From: Squalus acanthias
Taxonomy: Eukaryota
Assembly: GCA_030390025.1 (NCBI GenBank)
Contig: CM059432.1
Location: 34,164,001 to 34,228,000 of the forward strand
Length of the DNA stretch: 64,000 nucleotides
Direction of reading: 5' to 3'
Shown: positions 47,373-59,492 of the stretch, piece after piece
How the letters are laid out: the number at the start of each line of letters is the position of its first letter
How positions within the stretch are numbered: the stretch's first letter is position 1
Position numbers and translations under genes: made by a program
Notes under the pieces: generated by a model
Told to the model about the DNA's origin: nothing
Database searches by the model: none
Seen by the model: the letters and a program-made list of their open reading frames with translations, nothing else

Positions 47373-48321
47373 GTCTTGGAGGCAGGTTTTAACCAAGAAT
47401 CTCCCAACTCAGAGACAGGAGTGCTACCACATAATCATAATGGGATACAATTTCAACCCGCCAGGTAAATTCTGTTGATCATGTTCAACCCTTACAACAG
47501 TGAAATGGTTAATAATGTAGGTGGGGCAAAGAAGCACAAAACAAAAGGGGATTCTTCAATCCATAATACCATGGAACACAGTGCACGGTAATCCCTGGGA
47601 TTATTTTTTGTGCACTATAAATGATCTTCTCAGTCTTTGGGGATTAATGCTGCAAGACGTTGGATTCCTGCCAAACCATAGTGAGGCCTGTTTGACTGCA
47701 AAAAGCTTAAACACCCCTGCAAAATGAGCAAAAGTGTCCTTCAATCAAATTACTTCAAAATGATTTGAGGCTCCATTGTTCAGCTGATTACAACAGTCAG
47801 TAGCTGAGTCATACTAACCAAGAAGGTCCCAAATTCAACCCCAGATCTATGGTGAGTTTGTTGAACTTAGTTTCAATTGAGCCCAGCAGCTATGAACAAA
47901 AATGTGGGGGAAAACGCACTAGCGTTCCCACTGCTGATTGGGAGCGCCAAAAACTTGCATTTATATAGAGCCTTTAACAGGAGCGTAATCAGACCAAAAT
48001 TGGCACTGAGCCAAAGAAGGTGACATTAGGACAGGTCAAAGAGGTAGGTTTTAAGAAGCATTTTAAAGGAGGAGAGAGGGGTGGAGAGGTTTAGGGAGGG
48101 ATTTGCAGAGTTTAGGGCCGAGACAGCTGAAGGCTTGGCCACTAACGGTGAGGCGAAGAAAGTTGGGGATGCACAAGTATCGATAAACACCTCACACCTG
48201 TGTTGCGAGGTTCCTGGTACTGGGCACTCAACAGGGAATGTCAACAGACCCTCCCCCTCAGGTTGTGAATACTGGAAGATGAAAATATAGACAGAAACAT
48301 TCACTGGGAGTCAGAGTTTTA

Positions 48322-49166
48322 GGGCTCAATTTTCACCGGCCCGTGGAGGCGGGTTTGGAGGCGTGTGGGGTGGGAAAATAGCAGATTCGGGGGTCCCAAA
48401 CCCATCCCCGCCCCCAACCCGCCTCCATGCCAGTTTCCCAGGAGGCGGGTACCCGACCTGTGCTGGGACCCGCCTCCCCGAGGCGGGAAGGGGATTAGTG
48501 CCAATAAACTGCCTGTTAACAGGTAGTTAACAGGCAGTTTTTTGCCTAATCCCTATTTTTAGCCCTGAAGTGTGGGCTTCCCGACAGGTCCGAACCACGC
48601 CGATTTAGCGAGGCGGACCGTCGGTCTGGAGGGCTTGGAGGGGTCGAGATGTCCGGTGTGCAGGTGAGTGATGGGTGCATGAGTGCAGAGGTAAGTGTGT
48701 TTGATGTGTGTAAAGTGTTTTAAGAACTTTTACTTACCTTAACTTTGTCCTGCAGGCTTCCTCCCTTCAGGTCTCGGGAATCCCTCACATCCACGGCACA
48801 GAAAGCAGAATGGCCGCGGAGCTGTCAAAAGCTGCAGTCTCTGCTTTCTGTGCTGGATTGATTTGTAACTCAGTCTAAGTACAGGGACTCTAGTTAGAAA
48901 TCATATTGTCAGTGTTTGACAGCTTCACAGAGCTGTCAAACGCTGAAATTTCATCTGTCAAAAGCTCTTGACAGATGAAATTTCAATGGCTGACGTCACC
49001 TGCATCCAAGGGACCCTTGATTGGCCTGCTAAGCCCGCTGGGCGGGCTTAACAAGGTCAATCAAGGGAAAATACAGTGGGTTGGCCACAAGTCGATGGAG
49101 GCAGGACTACAACCCAAAAAGTGGGAGTCCCGCCTCCATCACGTCCCCATTGACAAAATCCAGCCC
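48322..49166. mobile_element. Harbinger-type MITE, inverted near-identical copy of 39628-40456
   Basis: Ends GGGCTCAATTTT and AAAATCCAGCCC; flanks TTA/AAA are not a perfect TSD. Confidence 0.9.
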
Positions 49167-49329
49167 AAAATCTGCAAGGACAAGGTTTTGCAGGATATAG
49201 AAGGTTAGAATGCAGGAGAGCAGTTAGGAGCTATTTTGTTTAAGTAAGATGATGCACTAATGTGAGGAAGCATGGCGTATCCATTGCTTTGTATTATTAT
49301 GCAAAGACAAGTTGTACTGATTCAGTTAA

Positions 49330-49615
49330 GTGAGCCCAATCTAAACTGTTGCTTTATATGCCCATTTACTGTCAAATAAAGCAGATTAATGATTTGTATC
49401 TGGCCTCATCTTACCAAGTGTTATCTTGGTCTGCCTTCAAAAAGTCTAGAGAGGAGTACATGGGAGCATGTGCAAAAGTAATGAATATCCAGATCAGATC
49501 ACGTTAGTAGCAATTCACCATCGGTTTATGCTAATGTATAGTTAGATATTGAGCAGTGCAGGCACACCCCTAAAACTAAGACACTCAGACCACTTATGGG
49601 AGTGACTAATACTGC
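49330..49615 (+). mobile_element. Fragment of the LTR-like family seen at 54479-55426
   Basis: Reverse complement aligns by eye with 54535-54810 (ccataag.ggtctg.gt.tctta..., actgctcaatatctaa, aacactt.gtaaga...ggcca, ctgctttattt). Confidence 0.6.
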
Positions 49616-49619
49616 TAGC

Positions 49620-50030
49620 ACCTTTGAAGGGGTGCACAGAAGATTTACCAGAATGATACCATGGATGAAAGACTTCAGTTATGTGGAGGTGTTCAAAATT
49701 ATGAAGGGTTTTGAGTAAATAAGGAGAAATTGTTTCCACTGACAGGTGGGTCGGTAACCAGAGGACACATCTTTAAGATAATTGACAATGACAGAAGGGA
49801 GATGAGATTTTATTTTACGCAGCAAGGTGTTATGATCTGGAATGTACAGCCTGAAAGGAGATGGAAGCAGATTTAATAGTATCTTTCAAATTGGAATTGG
49901 ATATATACTTGAAAAGGAAAAATTTGCAGGGCTATGGGGAAAGATGGGGAAATGGGATAAATTGGATAGCTCTTTCTAAGAGATGAGCCAAATGGCCTCC
50001 TTTTCTGCTATAAGATTCTTTGATTCTAAT
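49620..50030 (+). mobile_element. Decayed CR1 3' fragment
   Basis: EGVHRRFTRMIP...EVFKIMKG remnants and CR1 tail. Confidence 0.75.
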
Positions 50031-50388
50031 GTGATGTACTGAGAGACTATCTAAGGCAAGACCAAAACTTGTAAAATATTTTATTGTTGTATTTTATTTT
50101 TAATGTCTTCTTCTTCTTCTTTCCCTTTGGGGAACAGTGTGAAGTAGTTGAAGGATTTGCAGGCTGATTAACAGTCTGACTGGCCGCGTTAACACTCCTT
50201 CCATGACCATAACCATGGCCGATAGGGTGGTTAGTCCTATACAGCAGGAAGGTTTTATGGGCTCCCACAACCCATACAATGAGTGCCACCCACACCCACC
50301 GGATGCGAGTATCCCACTGGATGTCAACCCAGAATTCAAAGCCGGAGCTCTGACTCCACACGCCAGGACTTTCTGGAGTGGGGTTTGA

Positions 50389-51644
50389 AGCCAGCACAGA
50401 TTTGTTAAAGGCAAATCGTGTTGAACTAACTTGATTGAGTTTTTTGATGAGGTAACAGAGAAGGTTGATGAGGGCAATGTGGTTGACGTGGTGTATGTGG
50501 ACTTCCAAAAGGCGTTTGATAAAATGCCACATAATAGGCTTACCAGAAAAGTTGAAGCCCATGGAATAAAAGGGACAGTGACAGCATGGATACGAAATTG
50601 GCTAAGTGACAGGAAACAGTGGTGAACGGTTGTTTTTCAGACTGGAGGTAGGTATACAGTGGTGTTCCCCAGGGTTTGGTACTAGGACCACTACTTTTCT
50701 TGATATATATTAATGACTTGGACAGGGCACAATTTCAAAATTTGCAGATGACACTAAACTTGGAGGTATAGACTTCAAGAAGACATAGACAGGCTGGTGA
50801 AATGGGCGGACACGCGGCAGATGAAATTTAACGCAGAAAAGTGCGAAGTGATACATTTTGGTAGGAAGAACGAGGAGAGGCATTATAAACTAAAGGGTAC
50901 AATCATAAAGTGGGGGGTGCATGAACAGAGAGACCTGGGGGTATATGTGCACAAATCGTTGATGGTGGCAGGGCAGGTTGAAAAAGCGGTTAAAAAAGCA
51001 TACGGGATACTGGGCTTCATAAGTAGAGGCAGAGAGAACAAAAGCAAAGAAGTTATGATGAACCTTTATAAAACATTAGTTCGGCCTCAACTGGAGTATT
51101 GTGTCCAATTCTGGGCACCGCACTTTAGGAAGGATGTGAAGGCCTTAGAGAGGGTGCAAAAAAGATTTACAAGAATGATTCCAGGGATGAGGGACTTCAG
51201 TTATGTGGATAGACTGGAGAAGCTGGGGTCGTTCTCCTTAGAGCAGGGAAGGTTGAGAGGAGATTTGATAGAGGTGTTCAAAATCATGAGGGGTCTAGAC
51301 AGAGTAGATAGAGAGAAACTGTTCCCATTGGCGGAAGGGTCGAGAACCAGAGGACACAGATTAAGGTGATTGGCAAAAGAACCGAAGGTGACATGAGGAA
51401 AACCTTTTTACGCAGCGAGTGGTTAGGATCTGGAATGCACTGCCTGAAAGGGTGGTGGAGGCAGACTCAATCGTGGCTTTCAAAAGGGAATTGGATAAGT
51501 ACCTGAGGGGAAAACATTTTGCAGGGCTACGGGGAAAGGGCGGGGGAGTGGGACTAGCTGAAGTGCTCTTGCAGAGAGCCAGCACGGGCTCGACAGGCCA
51601 AATGGCCTCCTTCTGTGCTGTAACCATTCTATGATTCTATGATT
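50389..51644 (+). mobile_element. 5'-truncated CR1 LINE
   Basis: ORFs 50431-50625 and 50797-51369 cover RT and C-terminus; tail attctatgattctatga. Confidence 0.92.
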
Positions 51645-52816
51645 GTACCTTCTGGCCCAGAGGCAGGAATACTACCACTGCGCCAAGCTCACTCCTATTT
51701 TTAATGTGTTGATAGTATATATTATTATTATTATGTTGCTAGCATATTCTATGGGCATGGCAACCTAGTGGTTATGGTATGGACTAGCAACTAGATCTAG
51801 AGTTTGAATCCCACCGTAGTAACTTGTGAAGTTGAATTCCGGGTGAGGTCTACCATACAAAATGAATCATCAATCATGAGCAGGAATACGGCTACAAATG
51901 AAAGATCAGAATAACAACATAACAGTGAGGCAGGCTAAGGTGTGGCCCATGTGACAATTTATTTGTTTCTTTATCGGGGAACAAACTACCAGGAAAGGTT
52001 AGCACGGAAAAAGTAAACATTTATACCGTTGAAATTTAAAATTATATGAATTTTAAATCGTGAGTAGGCTTTGAAGTTGTTAGAGTAAGCAAATATGCTG
52101 AGACAAGTTTGCGAGGATGTAGGAGTGCCACAGCGCCATCAATGGACAAAGGATGCATTGCTGGCATTACCTGTAACAATGCTACCATTTCAAGCCAATG
52201 TATTGAAGCATTACTCAACCAATAACGTGGTCACAATCATGACGAATCCAAGGATTTTTATATATTACAGATGCATCGGTTGTCTGCTTAATTAATAGTA
52301 TGCTATTGGCACATTTTAATATTGCTGTGTAGCTGGTGTAATTTAGGATTCATCTGTTGATGGTCTATTTAATATTCATATATTGCCGCTATATTTTCTC
52401 GATGTGGTGCTAGTATATTTTAATGTTGGTGCTTTCTTGTTATATTTTAATATTTGTATGCTGCTAGTATATTTTTATTGTTGGTGTGTGGATAATATAT
52501 TTTAATATTTTTATGCTGCTGTTAAATGTATTGCTATTGTATTTTAATATTGGTATCTTGCTGGTATATGTAAGTATTGGTGTGTTGCTGATATATTTTG
52601 GTGTGGGCATGTTGCAGGTATATTTTAATATTAGGTGTGTTCCTAGTAAATTGTAGCTCACCGGTCTGATGTAAATGAGGTCTGGGCCTCAAAATCAAGG
52701 CTGCCTCGTCACTGCTGCGACATGGCTGTCAGCTACCAAAAACTTAAAAGCGACCCCAAAGGAATCTAGAAGTGGATTCAGGTGTGATGGGGTTAGAAGT
52801 CAGAGGATATTTGGCC

Positions 52817-53790
52817 CATAGAGTCATAGAGTCATAACGGCGCAGAAGGAGGCGATTCGGCCCATCGAGTCCATGCCGGCTCTCTGTAGAGCAATCCAGT
52901 CAGTCCCATTCCCCCGCTCTATCCAAGTGCCTATCCAGTCTCCCCTTGAAAACATTGAGTGTCTCCGCTTCCACCACTTCCGTCAGCAGCGAGTTCCAGG
53001 TCATCACCACTCGCTGCGTTAAAAAGTTTTTCCTCACGTCCCCCCGTATCTCTTGCCCAAAACCTTAAATCTGTGTCCCCTAGTCCTTGTACCATCAACT
53101 AGTGGGAACAGCCTTTCCCCGTCTAGCCTATCCAAACCCGTCATAATCTTGTACAACTCTATCAAATCACCCCTCAACCGCCTTTGCTCTAATAAAAACA
53201 AATCCAGCTTCTCCAACCTGTCCTTGTAGCTAAGATCCCCCATCCCCAGAAACATTCTGGTAAATCTCCTCTGCACCCTCTCAAGGGTCTTCACATCCTT
53301 CCTAAAGTGTGGTGACCAGAACTGGACGCAATACTTCAGTTGTGGCCTAACCAGCGCTTTATAAAGGTTCAGCATAACTTCTCTACTTTTGTACTCAATA
53401 TCTCTATTTATGAAACCCAAGATCTTATATGCTTTGCTAACCACTCTCTCAATATGTCCCGCCACCTTCAGGGACCTATGCACATTAACTCCCAAGTCCC
53501 TCTGTCTCTGCACACTCTTTAAAACTGTGCCATTAAGCGTATATTGCCTCTCCCTGTTCCTTCTGGCAAAATGCATCACCTCACACTTCTCTGTATTAAA
53601 TTCCATGTGCCACTTGTCTGCCCATTCTGCTAGCCTTTCTATGTCCTGTTGCAGTCGATTGGTACCATCCTCACTGTTTGCCACACCCCCAAGTTTGGTG
53701 TCATCAGCAAATTTAGAAATTCTACTCTCTATTCCAATATCCAGGTCATTTATATATATCAAAAAAGCAGTGGCCCCAGCACTGACCCTT
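52817..53790 (-). mobile_element. 5'-truncated CR1 LINE
   Basis: FLIYINDLD...KFADDTKLGG...LVRPQLKYCVQFWSP in ORF 53034-53948. Confidence 0.92.
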
Positions 53791-54246
53791 GGGGAACACG
53801 GTGGCATAGTGGTTAGCACTGGTGCCTCACAGCGCCAGGGACAAGGGTTCGAATCTGGCCTCGGGTGACTGTCTGTGTGGAGTTTGCACATTCTCCCCGT
53901 GTCTGCGTGGGTTTCCTCTGGGTGCTCCGGTTTCCTCCCACAGTCCAAAAATGTGCGGGTTAGGTTGATTTGGCTATGATAAATTGACCCTTAGTGTTAG
54001 GGGGGGATTAAATATGTGGGGTTACGGGGAAAGGATGGGATATGTTAGGGGGAATTAAATACGTGGGGATACGGGGATAGGGTTGGATATGTGTCGGTGC
54101 AGGCTCGATGGGGATTCTGTGTGAGAAAGCAGGGACAGGGTACTGGATTTGGATGATCAGCCATGATCGTATTGAATGGTGGAGCAGGCTCGACGGGCCG
54201 AATGGCCTACTCCTGCTCCTAGTTTCTATGTTTCTATGTTTCTATG
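53791..54246 (+). mobile_element. HE1-like V-SINE with CR1-derived tail
   Basis: tRNA head, V-domain, internal duplication of about 46 bp, tail (tttctatg)n; nearly the same as 61365-61800. Confidence 0.88.
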
Positions 54247-54478
54247 TAACACAACTTGGGGACCAGGGTGTGCAGACAGCAGTCAGTCGCCATGTTAAAC
54301 TCATACATCCTGTACTTATTATATTTCCATCATAAATTCCTATGTAAATCTGTTACCCTTCCACCACCATCAGTGGTGTAAAACATTGACCAGAAGAATG
54401 CACAGATATATTTTATTACTGATGTGTTTTTGGTATATTTCATTATTGTTGTGCAGCTGGTATATTTTAGAATTCATG

Positions 54479-55426
54479 TGTTATAAGTTTCAGGTCTACT
54501 TTAAATTTCTTTTTTGGGTACCGTGGTACTGGTCACTGCCATAAGCGGTCTGCGTATCTTATGTTCAGGAGTGTGCTCGTACTGCTCAATATCTAATTAT
54601 ACAGTAGTGTAACCCAGAGATGTAACAATAGGAACCCCCCCCCCATGTGATTTGACCTGGATGTCATGCCTTTCACATGTGTCCCCTCCATGTGCTTCTC
54701 CAACCTTTCCGCAGGTAGAAAGAAACACTTAGTAAGACAAGGCCAAGTAGGAATTGTTAAGCTGCTTTATTTCACAGCAAGGAAACATACAGAGTAACAG
54801 ATATAATCAAATCTCACCATGAGTCAACTAGCAACAGAAATCTCCTTGAGAAGAAGGAAAATCATAAAGAAATACACCACACCATTCCTATTAGTGAGCT
54901 CGTGTAGCCTTTCCGGTTTGCACTTCTGATTCTGAGAAGCTCTGGGCTTGAGATGAATGAGTTTCTATTCACTGGGACACGCTTCCTCCCACACTTAGTT
55001 GGCTGACTGAATGCCTATGTGTCTCTTTGTTCCTTTTCTTTGTATACCCAATCTTGGGAGGGCTGTCCCTCTGACTCCTTTCCCAATCAGTAATTCACCA
55101 GTAGCCTTGTCAAAAAAAATCTATCTCCTCCCCCTTGAACTGATGGTTTAAAGAAAACATTTCCTGCTATCTCAAAATGTGTGAGGAAAATACTGGCTTA
55201 ATGGGCTTGTGATACAATAATTAGCACCCATGGTATCATCTTGTAATAGACTGTAAGCAGTATCATTGTACAAACGGGCTTATCTGGTTTTAGTGCGCAT
55301 CTTCAATGCCTGAAACCTGCTGTTTTTTTAAAACCTATGTGAATTCACTTAAGTCACAACAGTTAAACATAGCTCCCAAATCCTTTCTGTGAAGATAAAA
55401 AGTATCAGCAATTCCAAAACCTCACA
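54479..55426 (-). mobile_element. Candidate solo LTR (about 950 bp)
   Basis: TG...CA termini; AATAAA on minus near 54770 downstream of a TATA-like site near 55045; flanks TCATG/TAATG form an imperfect 5-bp TSD; partial second copy at 49330-49615. Confidence 0.5.
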
Positions 55427-56169
55427 TAATGGGGATAATTTTGACCTTCATCCTTGGGTGGTAAACTAGCAGAGCAGATCACCTATTCATTATAGGCCTC
55501 ATTTGATTTGTGTATTAATATTTGTGGGTTTGTTGGCATATTTTTGGGAAGTCAGTTGTGTATGAAAGGTCAGTACAGTTTAGCCTTAGAGGGAGTTCAG
55601 CCTTGAGGTGCAGTTGGACAACAGTTTTTTTCTATGATTAATTTTAGTCTGAAGTGAGTAAGCAGGGTTTGATTCTGGCGAGAGTTTGGTGCTGTTGGAA
55701 ATTCAGGCGAAAACTATTTACATTTTTATGTTAGAAACAGTGGAATGACGTGTGTGGAGTACGAGACGTGAGCCATCATGGATCCTCAGTGTATCAAGGG
55801 GCAGCGTATTTGCACTAAGTACACTTGAGTCCTCATCTATGCTGACACTTCAGTGCAGTACTGTAAGAATGCTGCACTGTGTCGTCTGTCGGATGTGACG
55901 CAAACCGAGGCCCCGTCTGCCCTCTGAGATGGACGTAAAAGATCTCATGGTATTCGAAGAAGAGAAGGGGACTTCTCCTGGTGTCCTGGCCAATATTCAT
56001 CTCTCAACCAACATCACTAAAAACAGATTATCGAGTCATGGAACAGACTCAAGGGGTTGAATGGCTTCCTTCTGTTGATATGTTCCTATTGCTTCTATAC
56101 AGTAGAGGGATTAATATAATAGTTGTACCAGAGACATGGCGTGAATTTGCACAGGACTAGGAACTTAAT

Positions 56170-56932
56170 GGCCCAGAAATTCACGTGGCCGGCTTGCCGC
56201 GGGGGTAAGGATCGCGCGCGCTCTTACCCACCGCGCCTGCCGTTGTGTTTTGGGCCCACGGGAACTTCGGGTCCTGGGCCTCTCCCAAGAGCCGGCGCGC
56301 AGTGCTTGCGTGTTCCAGGGGCGCAGTTAGTGCGATGCGATCCCTGGGATCACGTGGGCCATGGAGAGCCAATGGCAGCAGACCATCTTTCATTCATAGA
56401 TTTGACAGGAGACCTGTCAAATCTGTGAATTGAAATCGGCCCCAAAAGAACAGCTAAACTTCAAATAATTTTTTTTTAAAAACCATCACATTTATAAAAT
56501 AACTATAGTTAAATAAATTAACCACTTTAAACAAAAATTTTAATTTGAAAAAATTAAAATACTTTTTAAAAGTTATAAAAATAAACTTACCTTTCTTTAA
56601 AGTATCTAAAAAAGATAAACCTGTTGAAAAAAATTTAAAATTATACTTAATTAACCACTTACCTTGTTCAAAAGGGGTCTTACACCTCCTTTTTATTAGC
56701 GTAATATCTTCAATACTTACCCTCGCGTAGAAACCTGAAAAAAAATCTAAGTGTGCTGCGTGCGCGCAGCCTCTAGCGCGCACACGGTTCACCTAGGAAC
56801 CGCCCCCTTCACCATACTGGAAGTTCCGGTTTCCCGCGCATGTGCAGTGCATGCAGGAAACCGGCACTTCGGGAAGCAATATGGGTGAGTACAGAGTGCG
56901 TACTCACCCGGGAAGGGCCGAATTTTTGGGCC
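56170..56932. mobile_element. Harbinger-type MITE, copy of 40999-41753
   Basis: Ends GGCCCAGAAATT and AATTTTTGGGCC; flanks AAT/ACT differ at one base. Confidence 0.92.
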
Positions 56933-56989
56933 ACTATTCCTAGTTATAATATTTTTAGGAGATAGGGAGAGGGAGAATAGGGTGGCAGA

Positions 56990-59052
56990 GTAGGTAAAGG
57001 ATTCTATCAGAGTACCAGAATGTAAGGATGTCCTTGGGAGTCATGTTAGGATGGAATCCATGTGGTTAAAGTTAAGAAATACAAATGTAAATCCTTGTTG
57101 TACATTACAGGCCACCAAACAGTGGAGTTGAGCTAGAAGAAGACATCTTCAGGCAGTTCAGAGAGATATGCAAGGACAACAGGGCAATAATATTGGGTGA
57201 TTTTAACTATCCCAAGATGGACTGGAATAAAGGTAAATCATGGGATCAGTCTGAGTGATGTTCTTATAATGCACCCAGCACTGCTTTGTGGATCACTGTG
57301 TATGAGAAGCAATACTTGATTTAGTTCTGTGAAATTAATTGGGGCAAATAACTGATGTCAGGGTAGGAGAACAATTGGAAAACTGTGACCACACATAGTT
57401 AGGTTCAATTTAAGAATAGAAAAGGGTAATGAAGAGTCTGGAAAAAGGCAAAGTTCAGTGAGAATAGAAAGGTTCTGGCCCAAATTAACTAGGTAGAAAA
57501 GTTAACAAAGAGTTTGACAGAACAGCAATGGGAAATCTTCAAATATGAGATGGCTCAAATACAAAATAAATATTTCTACAAAAAGAAAAGCGAGTCTGCA
57601 GATAAGTAGAAAAGTTAAAAGAAAGGCATATGATAAAATAAAATGGCAACAATACTAAAGATAATTATGAGGAATATAGAAAGTGTAAAAGAGAGGTCAA
57701 AAGGGAGATTAGAAGGACTACAAGGGAATATGAAAGAAGGCTAGTAGATAATATAAAAAGGAATAGTAAGGGCTTTTATAAGAATATATAATGTGAAAGA
57801 ATAGTTAAAGAGAGGATAGGGCCACTCAGGGATATAGGAGGGAGTCTAATTGTGGAGGATTTAGGTATGGCAAAGATACTAAATAAACATTTTCCATGAT
57901 GGTGGAAGTGCAACTGTCGATGTACTGGTGGAGGAGACTGAGTAAATATTAGAGATAATTGTAGAAAGGGAATTGGTTCTGAAAAAATTAGCAGAACTCA
58001 CGGTGGATAAGTCACTGGGCACTGATGGCATGGACCCTGTTGAAACGGTCATAGGCTTTGGCCACAAGCTTTCAATGTTCTTTAAATCTGCATATTATGT
58101 AATTGAGACTGGAGAGCAGCTTATATAACATCTTTGTTCAAGAGGGGAGCGAGGGATAAACCAGGTAACTATAGTTAGTCTAACTTGTGGGCAAACTCTT
58201 AGAATCCATAATGCATGATAAAATAAATGAGCATTTTGAAATGTATAGTCAATCAAGTACAGGCAGCAGGGAATTGTTAAAGGCAAGTCGTGATTGACAA
58301 ACCTAAAACTTTTTTGAAGAAGTTACTACTTAGATATTTAAAGGGAATTCAGCAGATATGCTGCATACAGACTTTCAGCAAACTTTCAATAAGGTGTCTC
58401 ACCAGAAGCTAGTTAGAAAAATTCAAGTGTATGGTATGAGAGGAAATGTAGCAGAATGGATAGAAAGTTGGTTGACGAACAGCAAATGAAGAGTTTGAGT
58501 AAATGAGTGTTGCCCAGATTGGAGAGGGGTTGGAAGTGGTGTACCCCAGGGTTCAGTGCTGGGTCTATTTTTTGTTCTCAGTTTACATAGATGATTTGGA
58601 CTTGGATATGGGGAGCACAATCTCAAAACTTGAGATACTGGGACTATTTCCACTGGAGCAGAGAAAATTAATAGGCGATTTAATAAAGGTTTTTAAAATT
58701 ATGGAAGGTTTTGATGGAGTGAATAGAGCAAGACTATTTGCTCTAATTATGGGGTTCAGTGATGAGGGGTCATCAATTTAAAATTGTCACTAAGAAAGGG
58801 AGGAGGTGAGGAGAAATTTCTTTAGGGTTTTTGGAGCACGTAATACTTTGCCACATAGAATAGTTGAGGCAGAGACCATTGTATGTTTTATTGGGGAAAA
58901 TTGGATAAATATTTGAAGCAGAGGAAGATACAGGGTTATGGGGAGAACGCAGAACAGTGATAGTAGTTTTGGATTGCACTAGCAAAAAGCTGACATAAGC
59001 TTGACGGGCAGAATGGGCTCCGACTGTGCTGTAAATTCCCATGTGTCTATGA
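56990..59052 (+). mobile_element. Old, heavily decayed CR1 LINE (endonuclease to 3' end)
   Basis: Remnants YRPPNS, ILGDFNYP, KPGNY, GVPQGSVLG, VYIDDLD, GDLIKVFKIM. Confidence 0.8.
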
Positions 59053-59059
59053 TGCAATG

Positions 59060-59290
59060 TAGGGGAGTTATTCTCGGTGCCCTGGCCAATATTTATCGCT
59101 CAATTAACATAACAAAAGCAGATTATCTGTCATTATCACATTGCTGTCTGTGGGAGCTTGCTGTGTGCAAATTGGTTGTCGTGTTTCCCACATTACAACA
59201 GTAACTACACTCCAAAAGTACTTCATTGGTTGTAAAGCACTTTGAGATGTCCGGTGGTCGTGAAAGGCGCTATATAAATGCAAGTTTTTT
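59060..59290 (+). mobile_element. Deu-domain SINE 3' half
   Basis: cctggccaatatttatc...cattggttgtaaagcactttg...ggcgctatataaatgcaag. Confidence 0.75.
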
Positions 59291-59492
59291 TTTGGTATAA
59301 TTTAATATTGGGGTTCCTGTGAGTAAAATAAAAAATATTGTAAAATAAAAACTGCAAATGCTGGAAATCTGAAATAAAAACAGCAGCTAGGAAGAGAAAA
59401 GGCAGCTTCAAGTGATGATTGGTCTTTTTTCTGTATTTGCAGCACTCTCAGTTTTTACTTGATATTTTGGTGTGTTGCTGGTGTATTTTAAT

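Noticed and set aside
53798..53865. tRNA gene (also 6245-6315 and 61375-61440)
   Set aside because: tRNA-derived SINE heads that continue into V-domain bodies
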